From positions 16,426,276 through 16,490,275 of the forward strand of contig NC_068990.1 in the NCBI RefSeq assembly GCF_001194135.2: a stretch of 64,000 nt of DNA. The letters are read 5' to 3'. A program made the position numbers and the translations under genes. Under the pieces are notes generated by a model that saw only the letters and a program-made list of their open reading frames with translations, did not search any database and was not told the DNA's origin. This DNA comes from Octopus bimaculoides. Its lineage: Eukaryota. This document shows, piece by piece, positions 1-13,074 of the stretch (within the stretch, counting starts at the first letter, position 1; every line of letters begins with the position of its first letter).

Positions 1-60
<60 letters not shown>

Positions 61-110
61 ACACACAACAGGTTTCATATGGTTTCTATCTACCAAACTT
101 ACTCATATGG

Positions 111-994
111 TATGAAGTGGCATCAAAAAGTTCCCATACTAGTTATGTTTATGGAAAAATAACTCATTTACCAAAGTTTTAACATCATCTCCTTCGAAAT
201 AGCCACCTTGTGCAGCAATACACCAGTTCCATCATTCCTGCCACTTTTGGAATCCGGCCTGGAAGTTGCTTCCTGTGAGTTGAGGGCCTTCTGTGATTTG
301 CTCTGGATCTTGACAATGGTGTTAAAACAGTGACTTTTGGACTGCATTTTCGTCTTGGGGAAGACATGGAAGTCTGCAGGTGCTAAATCTGGGTACAGAA
401 GTGATACCATGTTGTTTTTGGTGAAAAACTTGCGACTGGCAAGAGGTCAGTGATGCCACATGTTCAATTCAGATGTTAGGATTGCCCCCACGAACCCATA
501 TGACAGACCAACAACATCAGCAATGTTGTGGATGGTCCTCTGACTATCCTCATGCATAAGCTGATGAATTTTCTCCAAGTTTCTAGGGTTGATGCTTGTG
601 GCAGGTCTTTCAGATCACTCATTGACTTCCAAGGATGTTCTTCAGCTTTTGATGCACCTGTACCACTCAAAATGTTGTGTACAACCCATTGCCTTGTCAC
701 CATAAGCTTGCTGATGCATGCACACTGTCTCTGCAGCAGACTTCTCAAGTTTAATGCAAAATTTCACGTTGGCTTTTTGTTCCAATTTCCTGTCCGTGAC
801 AAAAATTGCAGACTACAGCATACACCTAATCACAAAAACACAAATTCCACAACTTGCAAAGTAAACACACTAATGTTACTTGGCACACTGCCTCATGGAG
901 GTCATTGCTAGCTCTCAAAGCACATGCAACTATCTGCTGCCATCTCATGGTATGCTACAGAACTAGTCCAGAAACTTCTTGATACCACCTCATA
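111..994 (-). mobile_element. Internally deleted mariner (Tc1/mariner) relic inserted into a SINE
   Basis: Imperfect TIRs with TA ends (tatgaagtggcatcaaaaagttcccatactagt at 111; reverse complement of actagtccagaaacttcttgataccacctcata ending 994). Minus-strand remnants include YPDLAPADFHVFPKTK (mariner YSPDLAP motif) and an HTH-like region. SINE sequence resumes on both sides. Confidence 0.85.
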
Positions 995-1034
995 TTGGCT
1001 GACCTAGGGCTATAGTAGAAGACACATACATACA

Positions 1035-1070
<36 letters not shown>

Positions 1071-1887
1071 TTTTTGTGTCTCTTTGTCTTGGCATTACCA
1101 AATAGTTGTAAACAAGCAACCTCTGTCACACAAGTGATCTCATTTGTTTCCAATCCTCTGTGAAAATATGTCAACTATTACAAAAATATTACCTTACTTA
1201 GAAACAGGTGATGGCTGGCAACATGAAAGGTATCTGGTTATAGAAAGTTCTACCTCAAAGTATTCTGTCTGGCCAATGCAAGCATGGAATAGTGGACATT
1301 AAAAACAACGATGATGATGATGACCTATATTACAGGAAAGTATTTCTAAAGCTAATACAATACCTTCTCTATATCTCTGAGAGTAGATCTAAGTACCTTT
1401 CACAAAGATATAAAATACTATTTCCCAAGTGTCAAGAGGCTAATTCTTTTTTTAACTCAGTATTGGCCTCTTGACACCAAAACAGACCCTGTGGTATTTA
1501 TATATATCTAGTTAGTTTTGTTTAATTTAGTTAAATTTATTTGCAGTGAATGATTTCCTCTCAGGATTAATGGCTAACTTTTCTACCTTATGATTAAGTT
1601 ATTAAATATTCTGCAGAGACGCCAGTGACTAACACTTTTGATACCATGCCTAGCTTTATGGTACAAACTTCCTGTTTCAAAGCAAGCTAAAAACTTCCAT
1701 CAAAATTTTATTTAACTTTTGCCCCATATCCCATTTGAATAATGACAAAATTAATTCACTAAATTCCTGAATGACTCATCACTGAATAATCTTGTCCAAG
1801 ATACACTTCACATGGAAATAAGATGTGATAGTCATAGTTGGAACACCTTTGATCATCAATATTCTCAGTCATGGCTAAATGACATAC

Positions 1888-1950
1888 CTGTGACCAGTTT
1901 TCCATCCAACATCCATACATTAGGTAGACTGTCAATCAAGTGAATACGAT
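1888..1950 (-). CDS. LRR protein exon 4 (LRR-cap: YRIHLIDSLPNVWMLDGKLVT); gene continues beyond the left edge
   Basis: Acceptor tttctctccattttcAG, donor GTatgt, 63 nt, phase 1 to phase 1. In frame with exon 3 and matches the LRR-cap pattern YR-x5-LP-x4-LDG-x2-VT. Confidence 0.85.
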
Positions 1951-3186
1951 CTGAAAATGGAGAGAAATTCCACAGTTAGTTGTAAATGATAAACAATTGT
2001 TTTTAAACTCACATTAAACTCATAATTGCCATAAAGATGGTGAATTAGTAGAATGGTTAGAGCATTGATATTTGTTCAGACTCAAATTTTGCTCAAGTCC
2101 ATTTTGCTTTTTATTCTTTCAGGATCCCTAAAAATGTACTAATCCTCAGTTGTATATTGGTAGAACTGTAATGTTGGACCAAATGCTTTGTGGTACTTGT
2201 TCCAGTGCTTTGCATTCTAAGTTCAAATCCCACCATAACCTATTTGGGTGACAAGCAATTTGTTGCCCAGTTTAACACAAACACCTGGTACCTTTGGTAC
2301 CTTTAGCTGAATTCATTCTTTTGCAAGCATTTAAGTCAGGTCCCAAATTCAAGGAAATCTTCCTTCTTTCCTCCTACCTGTTTCAAAGGTCTTGCAAAGG
2401 GTCACGGACACATATCCCCAAAAAGAAATTTTCTCCACCTGTACCAGAAGTTCCTATCCTCCCACCCCTCCACCTGTACTGGAAGTTCCAGTACTTGACT
2501 GGTATTTTATTTTCTCAACCCCAAAAAGATGAAAGGTAAAGTTTACCCCAGAAACTCAGAACTTAAAGTTTTGGAATAAATATCACAAGGTACTATTTCT
2601 GATGCTCTAATGGTTCTGCCAGATCACCATCTTATGCACCAACTTAAGAACATCAGAGTTATTTTAGTAAATTCTTCATTATTTCCCAAATCAATTAAAA
2701 CAAAGGCAGTAGACTTCAACAGAAATATTGAAACAAAAGCATTAAGTAAACTCATGATCAAAAGTATTCCCACTGTGACCATCTCTTCTTCCCCAACCCT
2801 TTTTTTTTCAGGTGTAATATATCTAAAATGACATTTTCTAATGTATCTTTTTTTTTAAGACATTAAGATATGATATGAGAGAGATTTGACTGCTATTTCT
2901 CACAAGTCAAATGAGTAACTACATAAAGACTGCAATCTTTGGTTCCTTATTATTGTTTTTGTCATTTNNNNNNNNNNNNNNNNNNNNNNNNNNNNNNNNN
3001 NNNNNNNNNNNNNNNNNNNNNNNNNNNNNNNNNNNNNNNNNNNNNNNNNNNNNNNNNNNNNNNNNNNNNNNNNNNNNNNNNNNNNNNNNNNNNNNNTGGT
3101 GGTGGTGGTGGTGGTGGTGGCGGTATTGGTGGTGGCAGTGGCAATAATAACAAGGGTTAAGAAGAAGAATATACACATATACTTAC

Positions 3187-3343
3187 AGAGTTTTTCTTTC
3201 TCCAAGTTTGGATTACCAAAAAGCATCAGGTCCAGTATTTGAATATGTCTAATTTTTAATAATTCTGACCAAGAAACTTGATTGTGGGACAAGTTGAGGC
3301 AACCCAGAGCAATGAAGGGTGTTAAACCATCTAGACATGTAAT
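3187..3343 (-). CDS. LRR protein exon 3 (ITCLDGLTPFIALGCLNLSHNQVSWSELLKIRHIQILDLMLFGNPNLEKEKL)
   Basis: Acceptor ttttcttttcAG, donor GTaagt, 157 nt, phase 0 to 1; LxLSxN and LxGNP repeats. Confidence 0.9.
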
Positions 3344-4366
3344 CTGAAAAGAAAACATTTTGTGATCCTGTGCAGTGTCTTAATGGCCAGAAGCACAAAA
3401 AATTAGTTATACATTTAGATCAGTGTTTCTTAACATTTTTGATACTATCTCACCTGGGACTGTTCCTGGTTCTACAATACTAACTTTCTATTTCAAGGGG
3501 ATCTAGATTTTAAATCTTCCATCAAAATTTAATGGTAATTTATGTTCAAAACACCATCTTCATAATGGCGAAGTTGTTTTAAATTCTTTATTTTAAAAAT
3601 TAACTGAAACAAAGGAAGAATGTTTCAATAGGAATATGGTAATAAAAGGATTAAACTTTTTAAAGTCTTCCATTCACTCTTTACACTGTGAATAACCATG
3701 CAGGTCCTCCACAGTAAGAAACATGTTCTGTTCTGGCCCTATCTTTCATTAACCACCTTACCTACAAGCATAAAGCCACCTCTCTCTCTCTCTCTACTAT
3801 AGTTCCACTCAGTCAAAGGTGATTTCAGTCTTGCAAGCTGCATGGTAACCTCACTAATGCTGGTGTTAAAAAAATCATCTCAGTATACTCTGTAAAGTGG
3901 TTAGCATTAGGAAGGGCATCCAGTCATATAAAGAATGGCAAAACAGACATGTGTGAATAATGCAGTCCTTGGATCTGTCAGATCTAGTGAAACTGTCCAG
4001 CTCATGCCAGCATAGGAGATAGACATTAAAAAGAGGTGATGATAATGATGCCCTCTTTTCTTTTATTCACATTTTTTCTATGCCCCCTTGTTATACTTCA
4101 ATGCCCTCTATCCACTCACCCATTTGTAATGAACATACATGTAATATTATCAGACCAAAATAATTTAGTTCTGGTCACTAGTTTGACACAAGTAACTACT
4201 TACTACAGCGCAACTCTACTATAAGCATAATTTATTCATTTATTTCCATTTCAACATCCATTATTCGTTGATGTTGCTAGAGATGGTTAAACCTCTCCCC
4301 AAACCCATATAAGTGAGGAACAATTGATATTTGTTTGATGAGCTTAAGAAAACTAAACATGAATAC

Positions 4367-4494
4367 CTTGTTAAAACTCAAATCCACTTTCCAAAGATTT
4401 TGATAGAAAGCAATGTTGCTAATATCTTCAATGTGATTCTGACTCAAATCGAGAACCTCAAGCTGTTGGTAGTTTTCCAAGTTTTTCATGAATG
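4367..4494 (-). CDS. LRR protein exon 2 (AFMKNLENYQQLEVLDLSQNHIEDISNIAFYQNLWKVDLSFNK)
   Basis: Pyrimidine tract plus taAG acceptor, donor GTattc, 128 nt, phase 1 to 0; SDS22-like LxxLDLSxNxI repeats. Confidence 0.9.
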
Positions 4495-4546
4495 CTTACA
4501 GAAACAAAAGAAAAAGAAAAGGAAATATTAATTAATCAAGCACATT

Positions 4547-4568
<22 letters not shown>

Positions 4569-4580
<12 letters not shown>

Positions 4581-4757
4581 CACATGCGTGGCTGTGCAGT
4601 AAGTAGCTTGCTTACCAACCACATGGTTCTGGGTTCAGTACCACTGCATGGCACCTTGGGCAAGTGTCTTCTAATATAGCCTCAGGCCAACCAAAGCCTT
4701 GTGAGTGAATTTTGTAGATGGAAACTGAAAGAAGCCCGTTGTATGTGTATGTATATG

Positions 4758-4790
<33 letters not shown>

Positions 4791-4791
4791 G

Positions 4792-4823
<32 letters not shown>

Positions 4824-4985
4824 CGCTTGTGTGTCTGTGTTTGTTCCCCCACCAATGGTGGTGTGTGTACATTAGAGGTTTGCCAAAAGAGACTGATAGA
4901 ATAAGTTCTGGGGTTGATTTTCTTGACTAAAGGCTGGGCTCCAGCATGGCCACAGTCAAATGACTGAAACAAATAACAGGACAAA
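4569..4985 (+). mobile_element. tRNA-derived SINE (family A) with internal (TA/TG)n microsatellite
   Basis: A-box-like gtggctgtgcagtaag, B-box-like ggttcagtacc, core ggcaccttgggcaagtgtcttct. Many copies in this window (e.g. 7575-8172 -, 24735-24887 -, 24976-25370 +, 25737-25935 -, 26640-26787 -, 31472-31812 -). Confidence 0.8.
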
Positions 4986-5004
4986 AAAAAATATATATAT
5001 ATAT

Positions 5005-6115
5005 ATTTGCCCTATACAGAGAGGCCATTAGTAAGGTTAGGATTGGCAATGGGTATAGTGAAGAATTCCGGGTAGAAGTAGGGGTCCACCAAGGTTCAGC
5101 CCTCAGTCCCCTTTTATTCATTATAGTCCTCCAAGCAATAACAGAGGAATTCAAGACGGGTTGCCCCTGGGAGCTCCTCTATGCTGATGACCTGGCCCTC
5201 ATAACAGAATGACTACCAGAACTAGAAAAGAAATTTCAGGTGTGGAAGCAAGGTTTAGAATCAAAAGGCCTTAGAGTCAATGTAGCAAAACCCAAAGTTC
5301 TAGTAAGTAGGAAGGCGAACACATCACCTCAGGGAGGTGGTCCTGCTCAATGTGTAGAAAAGGTGTAGGTAGAAACTCTATAAGATGTACCCAGTGTAAG
5401 CTATGGACACTTAAGAGGTGTAGCAACATTAAAGGAAGATTGACCGAGAAGATAACTTTCGGGTGCGGCAAATGCAGTGGCAGATGCTCAGAAAACAGAT
5501 TCCATCACACTTCAGGGGGAGAAACTAGAAGTAGTTGATAGCTTCCGCTACCTAGGTGACCAAGTTAGTAGTGTGGGTGGATGCTCAGAGAGTGTTACCA
5601 CTAGAATACGAATAACCTGGGCAAAGTTTAGAAAGCTTCTACCCCTACTGGTGACAAGGGCCTCTCGCTCAGAGTGAAAGGTGGATTGTATGATGCATGT
5701 GTGTGAACTGCCATGCTTCATGGCAGTGAAACATGAGCCATGACTGCAGAGGACATGTGTAGGCTCAAAAGAAATGAAGCTAGCATGATCCACTGGATGT
5801 GTAATGTCAGTGTGCACACATGACAGAGTGTAAGCGCCCTGAGAGAAATGTTGGACATAAGCATAGGATGTGGCATGCAAGAGAGATGTTTGCCCTGGTA
5901 TGATTATGTACAGCAGAGGGACGAGGAGAGCTGTGTGAAGAAGTGCCACTCCCAATCAGTGGAAGGAATCCGGGGTAGAGTGAGACATAGGAAGACATGG
6001 GATGAGGCGGTGAAGCATGACCTTCGAACATTGGGCCTCACAGAGGCAATGACGAAAGATTGAGACCTTTGGAGATATGCTGTGACTGTGAAGACCCGGC
6101 AAATAAAGTGGGTTC
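5005..6115 (+). mobile_element. 5'-truncated RTE-clade LINE, RT C-terminal half with inserted PHD finger, disrupted
   Basis: Remnants GVHQGSALSPLLF, WELLYADDL, YLGDQ, LHGSET, RKTWDE; frameshifts and stops. Confidence 0.9.
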
Positions 6116-7574
6116 ACAGCTGTATGCTACACCAGTTTCGCATATATATATATATATATATATATCAATCAATATTATTATCCTTCATTGTTCATGACTT
6201 CTTGTCAACATTCAACTAGCTTGTCAATGTCTTGACAATAGAAATCACTGTGTCTTGACTTAATTCATTGAGTCACGTTTTTAGCTCCACATTGTTTCAG
6301 AATAGAATGCTTCACAGACTGTTGGAGAGTTACTGAAAAATATGATAATCTTTCATTCATTTGTTGATATGATTCAAATCATAACTTTTTTAAATAAGAA
6401 AAATGTTTAACTCCTAATATTTGTCATAATCACTATAATTCATGTTGCAGTTATTATTTTTGATGTTGCAAACATTGAAAATAACGAAATTCACTATTTT
6501 TGAAAAAAGATTTTTAGAGGAGGAGCAGTACTTGCGACCATAGCTAATCCTCACAAGTTGATGAGAATGATGTGGGTTGATATTTAATTTCAACATCATT
6601 AAGTTTATGTCTGTAGAAAAAAAAATTGGCAGAAGAAGGGAACATTTCAGAGAGATACAGTACTGGTGGGTGGGAGGGAGAAGAAGACAGCAGGGAAAGA
6701 GACAAATGGCAGGGTCTGAATAGGAAAAGTTAGAAGGTATCTAGTAAAAACTAACAGTAGAAGTGTAACAGAGAAGTAATAGTGCATCTATGAGTTAGAG
6801 GCTCAGCTACTGATGTTAAGAGAGAGTTTGCAATCAATTTACCAGTTTAAAATTCTAAGAAGTTGCCAGATACAGCAGGTTCTTAACATAGTGTAGCTGA
6901 GTGGATGGTACAATGACAGAAATATGATTATGACAGCTTAGGTGGAGACAGTGGTCTGGGTGTATGATGTATAATGAAATTTTTAACATGGATACATGAC
7001 TTGAAATTTGGCAGGAAGGAAACAGTTGATTATATTAAGCCTGGATGGATGTAAGCTGTACGGTGTAGTGTAGGATGTGGCTTCCCAGTACTGTAGCTAA
7101 AACGGTTGCCCCTTCCTCTACACTTGAGTAACAACAAGAAAAAAGATGTCTTGAATTTTTGACATACATAAACATTACATACACTAATTAGCGATAAAGC
7201 CTCACAATAAAATCTAGGTTACATTGCATGATAGAAAATCCATCTTGGTAACTGCCAACTGGATATTAAATGCACTTTAAGATAATTATGAGAATTAGGA
7301 AATATGTTGTGTACGAGGAAGAAAACAGATCAACAAAACTCATTGTAAATAAAACATTGTGCTTTCTTAGTTATCTTTGAGACTTTATGTAAATAGGATT
7401 AAATATCTTGACCAGGGATGTAATGTAACTTCAGAAATGTGAAGGTCTTGTGTGGTCACTAAATATGTAATGATTATCCATTCAGGCTCAGTTCCTGATT
7501 TGAAATAAAACAGTTGCTTAATGTAGATGTCATAATGCCTCCTATAAAGAAAACCACACACCATCTTTTATTTT

Positions 7575-7804
7575 TTATCTTTTACTTTATTCAGTCATTA
7601 GATTGTAGCTTTACTGGGGCACTGCCTTGAATTTTTAGCTGAATGAGTCTACTCAAGTACTTCTTTTTTTAAAGCCTAGTACTTAGTCTATCAATATTTT
7701 TTGCTGAACAGCAAATTATGGCAGCACAAACACACCAACACCAGTTGTCAAGGAGTAATGGGAGACAAACATAGACACAAAGACACACACATACCTACAT
7801 ACAT

Positions 7805-7855
<51 letters not shown>

Positions 7856-8172
7856 NNNNNNNNNNNNNNNNNNNNNNNNNNNNNNNNNNNNNNNNNNNNN
7901 NNNNNNNNNNNNNNNNNNNNNNNNNNNNNNNNNNNNNNNNNNNNNNNNNNNNNNNNNNNNNNNNNNNNNNNNNNNNNNNNNNNNNNNNNNNNNNNNNNNN
8001 NNNNNNNNNNNNGATGGGCTTCTTTCAGTTTCCATCTATGAAATCCACTCACAAGACTTTGGTCAGCCTGCGACTATGGTAGACGACACCTGCTCAAGGT
8101 GCCATGCAGTGAGACTGAACCTGGGACCATGTGGTTGGGAGGCAAGCTTCTTACCACACAGCCATGCCTGCG
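7575..8172 (-). mobile_element. SINE family A copy spanning an N gap
   Basis: Reverse complement of the same head and tail as 4569-4985. Confidence 0.7.
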
Positions 8173-8464
8173 CCTATATAAACATGTTCAGAATGAACCA
8201 ATGAGGGATCTTCAACATGTTTATTCAATCTGCTAGAAGTAGCAATCAAATTTCTTGCTTCCCAATCATGTAGTCTTGCATCCACTCATACTATGTGATA
8301 CCTTAGGCAAATGTCTTTTGCTATAACCCTGGACTGACCAAAGCCTTAAGAATGAATTTAGTAGATGGAAACTGAAAGAAGCCCATTTTGTGTGTGTGTG
8401 TTAATATCGAACCATTGAAAATGAGTGCTCAACACCACATTGGTGGATAATATTCTTTATTTTC

Positions 8465-8645
8465 GGATTAACAAGGCTACCATTGATTTCATGTCAAGAG
8501 AAATCACTCAACAGTTATCAAGCCTGCTGTATGGAACGTTGGTACTCAACCAAGATGGAAATGAATACCAATATTCCATGTAACAGGGTTGATAATTGTT
8601 GAGAGATTTCTCTCGGCATGATATCAATGGTAGCCTTGTTAATCC
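8465..8645. mobile_element. Palindromic MITE-like fold-back (about 80-bp arms) in LRR intron 1
   Basis: ggattaacaaggctaccattgat...tggaacgttggta is mirrored by taccaatattcca...atcaatggtagccttgttaatcc; short spacer. Confidence 0.8.
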
Positions 8646-9202
8646 ACAAATGAAATATATATATTATATATATAGGTATGTATGTATGCACGTATATATG
8701 TTTGTGTGTGTGTGTGTGTGTGTATGTGTGTGCGTGCATGTGTGAGTGTGTGAAAGACAGAAGTGGTCAATGGCTCAACAGAACAATGTCCTTTTTTATG
8801 ATGAATCAATACTCACACTTTTACCCACTTTGCAACAAGTTTATATCTGTAGGTATCCCTAGGAAGACTTCAACCCTGACTGTTCTGCCCCTATTGTGAA
8901 TCATAAAAGTGGTTCAGGTGTGATATGTATAGTCATATCATAGAATTCTCTTGACTCTTTAGTTGTTTTACATGGCAGAGTTAATGCCAAAGGTAATGCC
9001 ATCTTATAGTACCTAGAATGTAGTGCAATCTTCCAGCACAATAGTTTGCTGATTCTTACAGTTAATGTTATTTAAAATTGGTATGAAGTGCTCAAAAGTG
9101 AAGTAGACCACTTAGATTCCATTCCACACACACATACAATCATGGTATCTCCATACAATTGAACATTTATGGTTCATTTTGAAACAGCAAGTGAGGACCC
9201 AC

Positions 9203-9205
<3 letters not shown>

Positions 9206-9239
<34 letters not shown>

Positions 9240-9275
9240 GTGATGTTGATGATGATGATGATGATGATGATGATG
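9206..9275. repeat. (GAT)n microsatellite
   Basis: Direct reading. Confidence 0.95.
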
Positions 9276-11058
9276 TAATCTGCCTTACATATTAGAAATA
9301 AAGATATTTATTTTCAAACCAGTTTCTTACAGTGAACTGGAACTTTGTCACAATTTTAGTGTCCACCATGGTGATTGGATGAAATACAACTCCCCATCTG
9401 GATAATAGATACTCTGTGGTGGTTATTACTTCTAGCTGTCATGCACCAATGAAGGGACCTCTATGCTGTTACTTGAATTGAAAGAAATTGCAATGGAATC
9501 TGTCATCCTGTTGAAAACTAAGTCAAGAGCCAAGTTCTGTAATGTTTCTTTAACAGAACAGAAATGAATGATGAAGGAAGAGATTACAGTTTTTTCTCCT
9601 TTACAAATGAATGTAAACTAAGTTAATACAATTCTTGTCATGTCTTGTATTTTAGAACTGGTTGACTGATAGTCTCATGCGGTACTGTGTCCTACAGAAA
9701 GTTAAATTGCTCTGTAATGTATTAATGTATTGAAAAAATTAGGATACATTGGTCAATGTAGCAGAAGATACCACCATATCTCCTAGAAAGACATTTTTTG
9801 TGGTTGAAATATCTTTGATCATAAATCTGTTTGAGCAGGTAAGACATGAGATAATATATAACAATGCCAACAGCTTCTAGTTATCTTATCACATTCCTAA
9901 ACATCTATGGCAACATTAAACAGGATTACAACAGCAAAACAATGGGCAATGAACTTAGTTACTCTCAGCTCCACTGTTATCAACTACACACTGGCCTTAT
10001 GATGATGGTGATATATATAAACATTTATAATATATTAAGTCATAAAATTACTTAACTAAGTGTCTTGCCTAATGATAAAGTGTAATGCACGGTACAGAGT
10101 TAATTGACTGAGTCTAACCCTGCATCTGAAAGAGGAAGAATCTGGGCTTTATGTTTTTATATATTTTTTTATTTTCTGTTATGTTTTTGATGATATTACT
10201 ACTGGTAGATTTCATCTTTTCTCCATTATTCCAAAGGAGAATTTTATTGTAGTATTTGTGTATGTTACATAGCTTATGGTTTGTTTCTGGTTGTTAACTA
10301 TGCCTCATGATGCTATCTGTGGCATGGGAAGGTTAATGATGAATGTTGTTGTTAGATATACAGCTCAGTGTTTGAGACAGGAGTTGAATTGGATGAGTGT
10401 GTGGTGGCTCATTTTCTGTCATAGTCAGGAGAAAGTCAGATATGACTCTCTTCAGTTGCATGAATGTTTATGGGTATGTGGATGCTTGTATAGTTATACA
10501 TATATGCATGTGTGTGTGTGTGTGTATGTACAAAGTATGTATATTTATTTTTACATATTTATTTTTACATATGTGTATATAAATGTATGTACACTTGTTT
10601 ATGGACACTATTGATGAAGTGAAAGCATACAGAAGTCATGACCAAGCAGTTCCACAGCTGGTGCTGAACATTTTTGACCACAACTGAGGTTTCTGTGCTT
10701 TTTTGTTCTATACTTATACAAGATGCTTTCTGAAGATGAATACTGCAGTATTATGGCATTCTTAATGACATCCACATTAAGTAGAATATAAAGATTGCTA
10801 TTTGATACTAATACTGCTTCCATCACTAATAACTAATATACACACATACACATATATACCTATTCATCTACCTTCTTTCTCTTTCTTTCCAGATGGGCAA
10901 GCCATATGTCGATTAGTGTGTTCAGTTGATCGGATCAACTGGATTAGTGTGTCGAGTAGAGCACTGGCATGGTTTGGGCTGCCTGGTGTCATCTGCAGTT
11001 AGGGCATATTTCCATTGGATCTACTTCAGAAATTCTGCAGTGTTAGTTGAGATAATAA

Positions 11059-11450
11059 TAATTGATTAAGTAACCAGAAGATAGATTTGGTATTAATCTT
11101 TATTTTGTATAACAATTGTTTCTACCCGCCTTGCTGCTGTCCCTTATGAGTGGGACTCTATTCAACATGTTGTGTTGCATCCATTTTGTAGTGTGGGTCA
11201 CATATGCCTATCGAGTTAGGGCTTCCCTAACTCGGCAAACATATAACAACATGACCACCTAAACTCAGGATCTTTACCCAGGCACCTCTTCGTGTATGGA
11301 TGTGCCTGATGTGACCCAGACTGCAAAATGGATGCGACACAACATGTTGAATGGAGTCCCACCCTTAAAGGACAGTAGCAGGATGGGTAGAAACAATCGT
11401 ACAAAATAAAGATTAATACCAAATCTATCTTCTGGTTACTTAATCAATTA
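11059..11450. mobile_element. Fold-back MITE (about 145-bp arms, TA ends) in LRR intron 1
   Basis: taattgattaagtaaccagaagatagatttggtattaatc...gggtcacat is inverted at atgtgaccc...ttaatcaatta. The spacer holds a 10-bp hairpin cgagttaggg-ctt-ccctaactcg (11212-11234). Confidence 0.85.
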
Positions 11451-11462
11451 TCATTATGTGTG

Positions 11463-11501
<39 letters not shown>

Positions 11502-11893
11502 TCAATGTTATCTGGGTAATAACATCATAGCACGCATTTAAAAGCTTTTCTATCGATATTGGGTACCATACTGCTGAGTTATTCCTTGAGCTGGATAAAC
11601 ATGTGGAACTTTGTTAGTGTATAGAATTTATATAAAAATTTATACAAGAAAATGGATTAAACAGGCATTAGTTACAAATGACTTTTGTTTCTGTGCAGTG
11701 GCAACAGCTGCAAGTTGCTAAGTTTTCATTTATTTTATAAAATTATTTTATAAACAATTACATAAATAAATACGATCCAGCAACAGTTGTGTGCCGACAC
11801 TTCATCAGGTAGGTTACTTTTAAACTTTTTTATTCTATCTTCTTGTTGCACACTCTCTCTCACAAACACATATATAGAGAAAGATAAATAGAC

Positions 11894-11898
<5 letters not shown>

Positions 11899-11967
<69 letters not shown>

Positions 11968-11990
11968 GTAGATAGATAGATAGATAGATA
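11899..11990. repeat. (GATA)n microsatellite
   Basis: Direct reading. Confidence 0.95.
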
Positions 11991-12459
11991 AAATTGTCAC
12001 TATGAAAATCTTACACTCTGTAACTCAATAATGCATTAGTTATGAAAAAATAAATAATTTAGCATTATATCAAAAAGAAGCAAGAACGCAGGTGTGATAG
12101 TGTTAGAATAAATGTTATACAGAATTTTGATTCCATTTTCCAGCAGATAGGATGCAACTCTCTTCCTGGAGAGTGCATAGTCTACTTCAGTATTTTCATT
12201 CTTATAAATGTAGTGATATAACAGAATCAGTTGAGCATTGGACAAATACCTTATGACATTTCTTCCAACTCTATACATTACTGGGTTAAGAGCTTGTCAT
12301 GGTCAGCTTGGTCTTTCATCCTTCAGGGATCAATAAAATAAGGTACCAGTCAAATACTAGTGTTGATGGTACTAACTAGACCGCTCCCCTCAAAATTGTT
12401 GACCTTGTGTCAAAACCAGAAACTATTATTACCTCTAGTAAACATGGTTTCTCTAAGGG

Positions 12460-12665
12460 CAACAAGCTGGCAGAACCATTAACATGCTTGACCAAATGCT
12501 TAGCAGCATTTTGTCTGTTTTTAAGCTCCGAGTTCAAATTCTGCCACGGTTGACTTTGCCTTTCATCCTTTTGGGATTGATGAAAAAAGTACCTGTCAAG
12601 TAGTGGGACCGATTTAATTGACTAATCCCTTCCCCAAAAAATTTCAGGCCTTGTGCCTATAGTTA
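12460..12665 (+). mobile_element. tRNA-derived SINE (family B)
   Basis: Core gagttcaaattc...gactttgcctttcatcctt...gataaa..aagtacc; more than 15 copies in the window. Confidence 0.75.
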
Positions 12666-12903
12666 CCATCAGCAAATTAAAGATCCTCTTGCTCAACTTG
12701 CATAGCTTCATGTCCTCATATCACAATACACATTTAAAAAAGAGGATCATAGTACATAATGTAGTCCTAAAATCACTAAGCAAACCAAAAATAAGAAAAG
12801 AAAGAAAAAGAACAGGATGGTCATAAATTATTTCTTTAATTATAGTCTGCACAATCTAACCTGATCTGGCGCTTAACAAAGAAGAAATTAACAAAATACT
12901 TAC

Positions 12904-12982
12904 CCATGTTGGATCTTGATAAATTTAGATATTTAACATTTGATGTAGCTTTGTAGGTTTCGTCCATTGCTGTCTTACTCAT
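12904..12982 (-). CDS. LRR protein exon 1 (MSKTAMDETYKATSNVKYLNLSRSNM)
   Basis: ATG at 12982, donor GTaagt at 12903, 79 nt, phase 1. Joins exon 2 in frame (G+CA) and contains YLNLSRSN, an LRR-like unit. Confidence 0.75.
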
Positions 12983-13074
12983 ATTTGTAATAAAATTTTT
13001 TCAGAATGAAACTATATTTGAAAATATGCTCTTTAATAGAACAACATTACTTGTCTGTAGCGTTTTGTTAAGTC

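Noticed and set aside
2900-2955. Possible LRR exon 4 (YCSLYVVTHLTCEK-stop) just after the N gap
   Set aside because: No pyrimidine tract and an early stop; the 1888-1950 exon gives a proper acceptor, the correct phase and a canonical LRR-cap.
10608-10826. Extra coding exon in LRR intron 1
   Set aside because: No recognisable motif, and exons 1 and 2 already join in frame.
11785-11815. Hammerhead-ribozyme-like CTGATGA plus small hairpin on the minus strand
   Set aside because: The required GAAA after stem II is absent (ACAAC), no stems I/III are evident, and it lies 1.4 kb from the Penelope relic.
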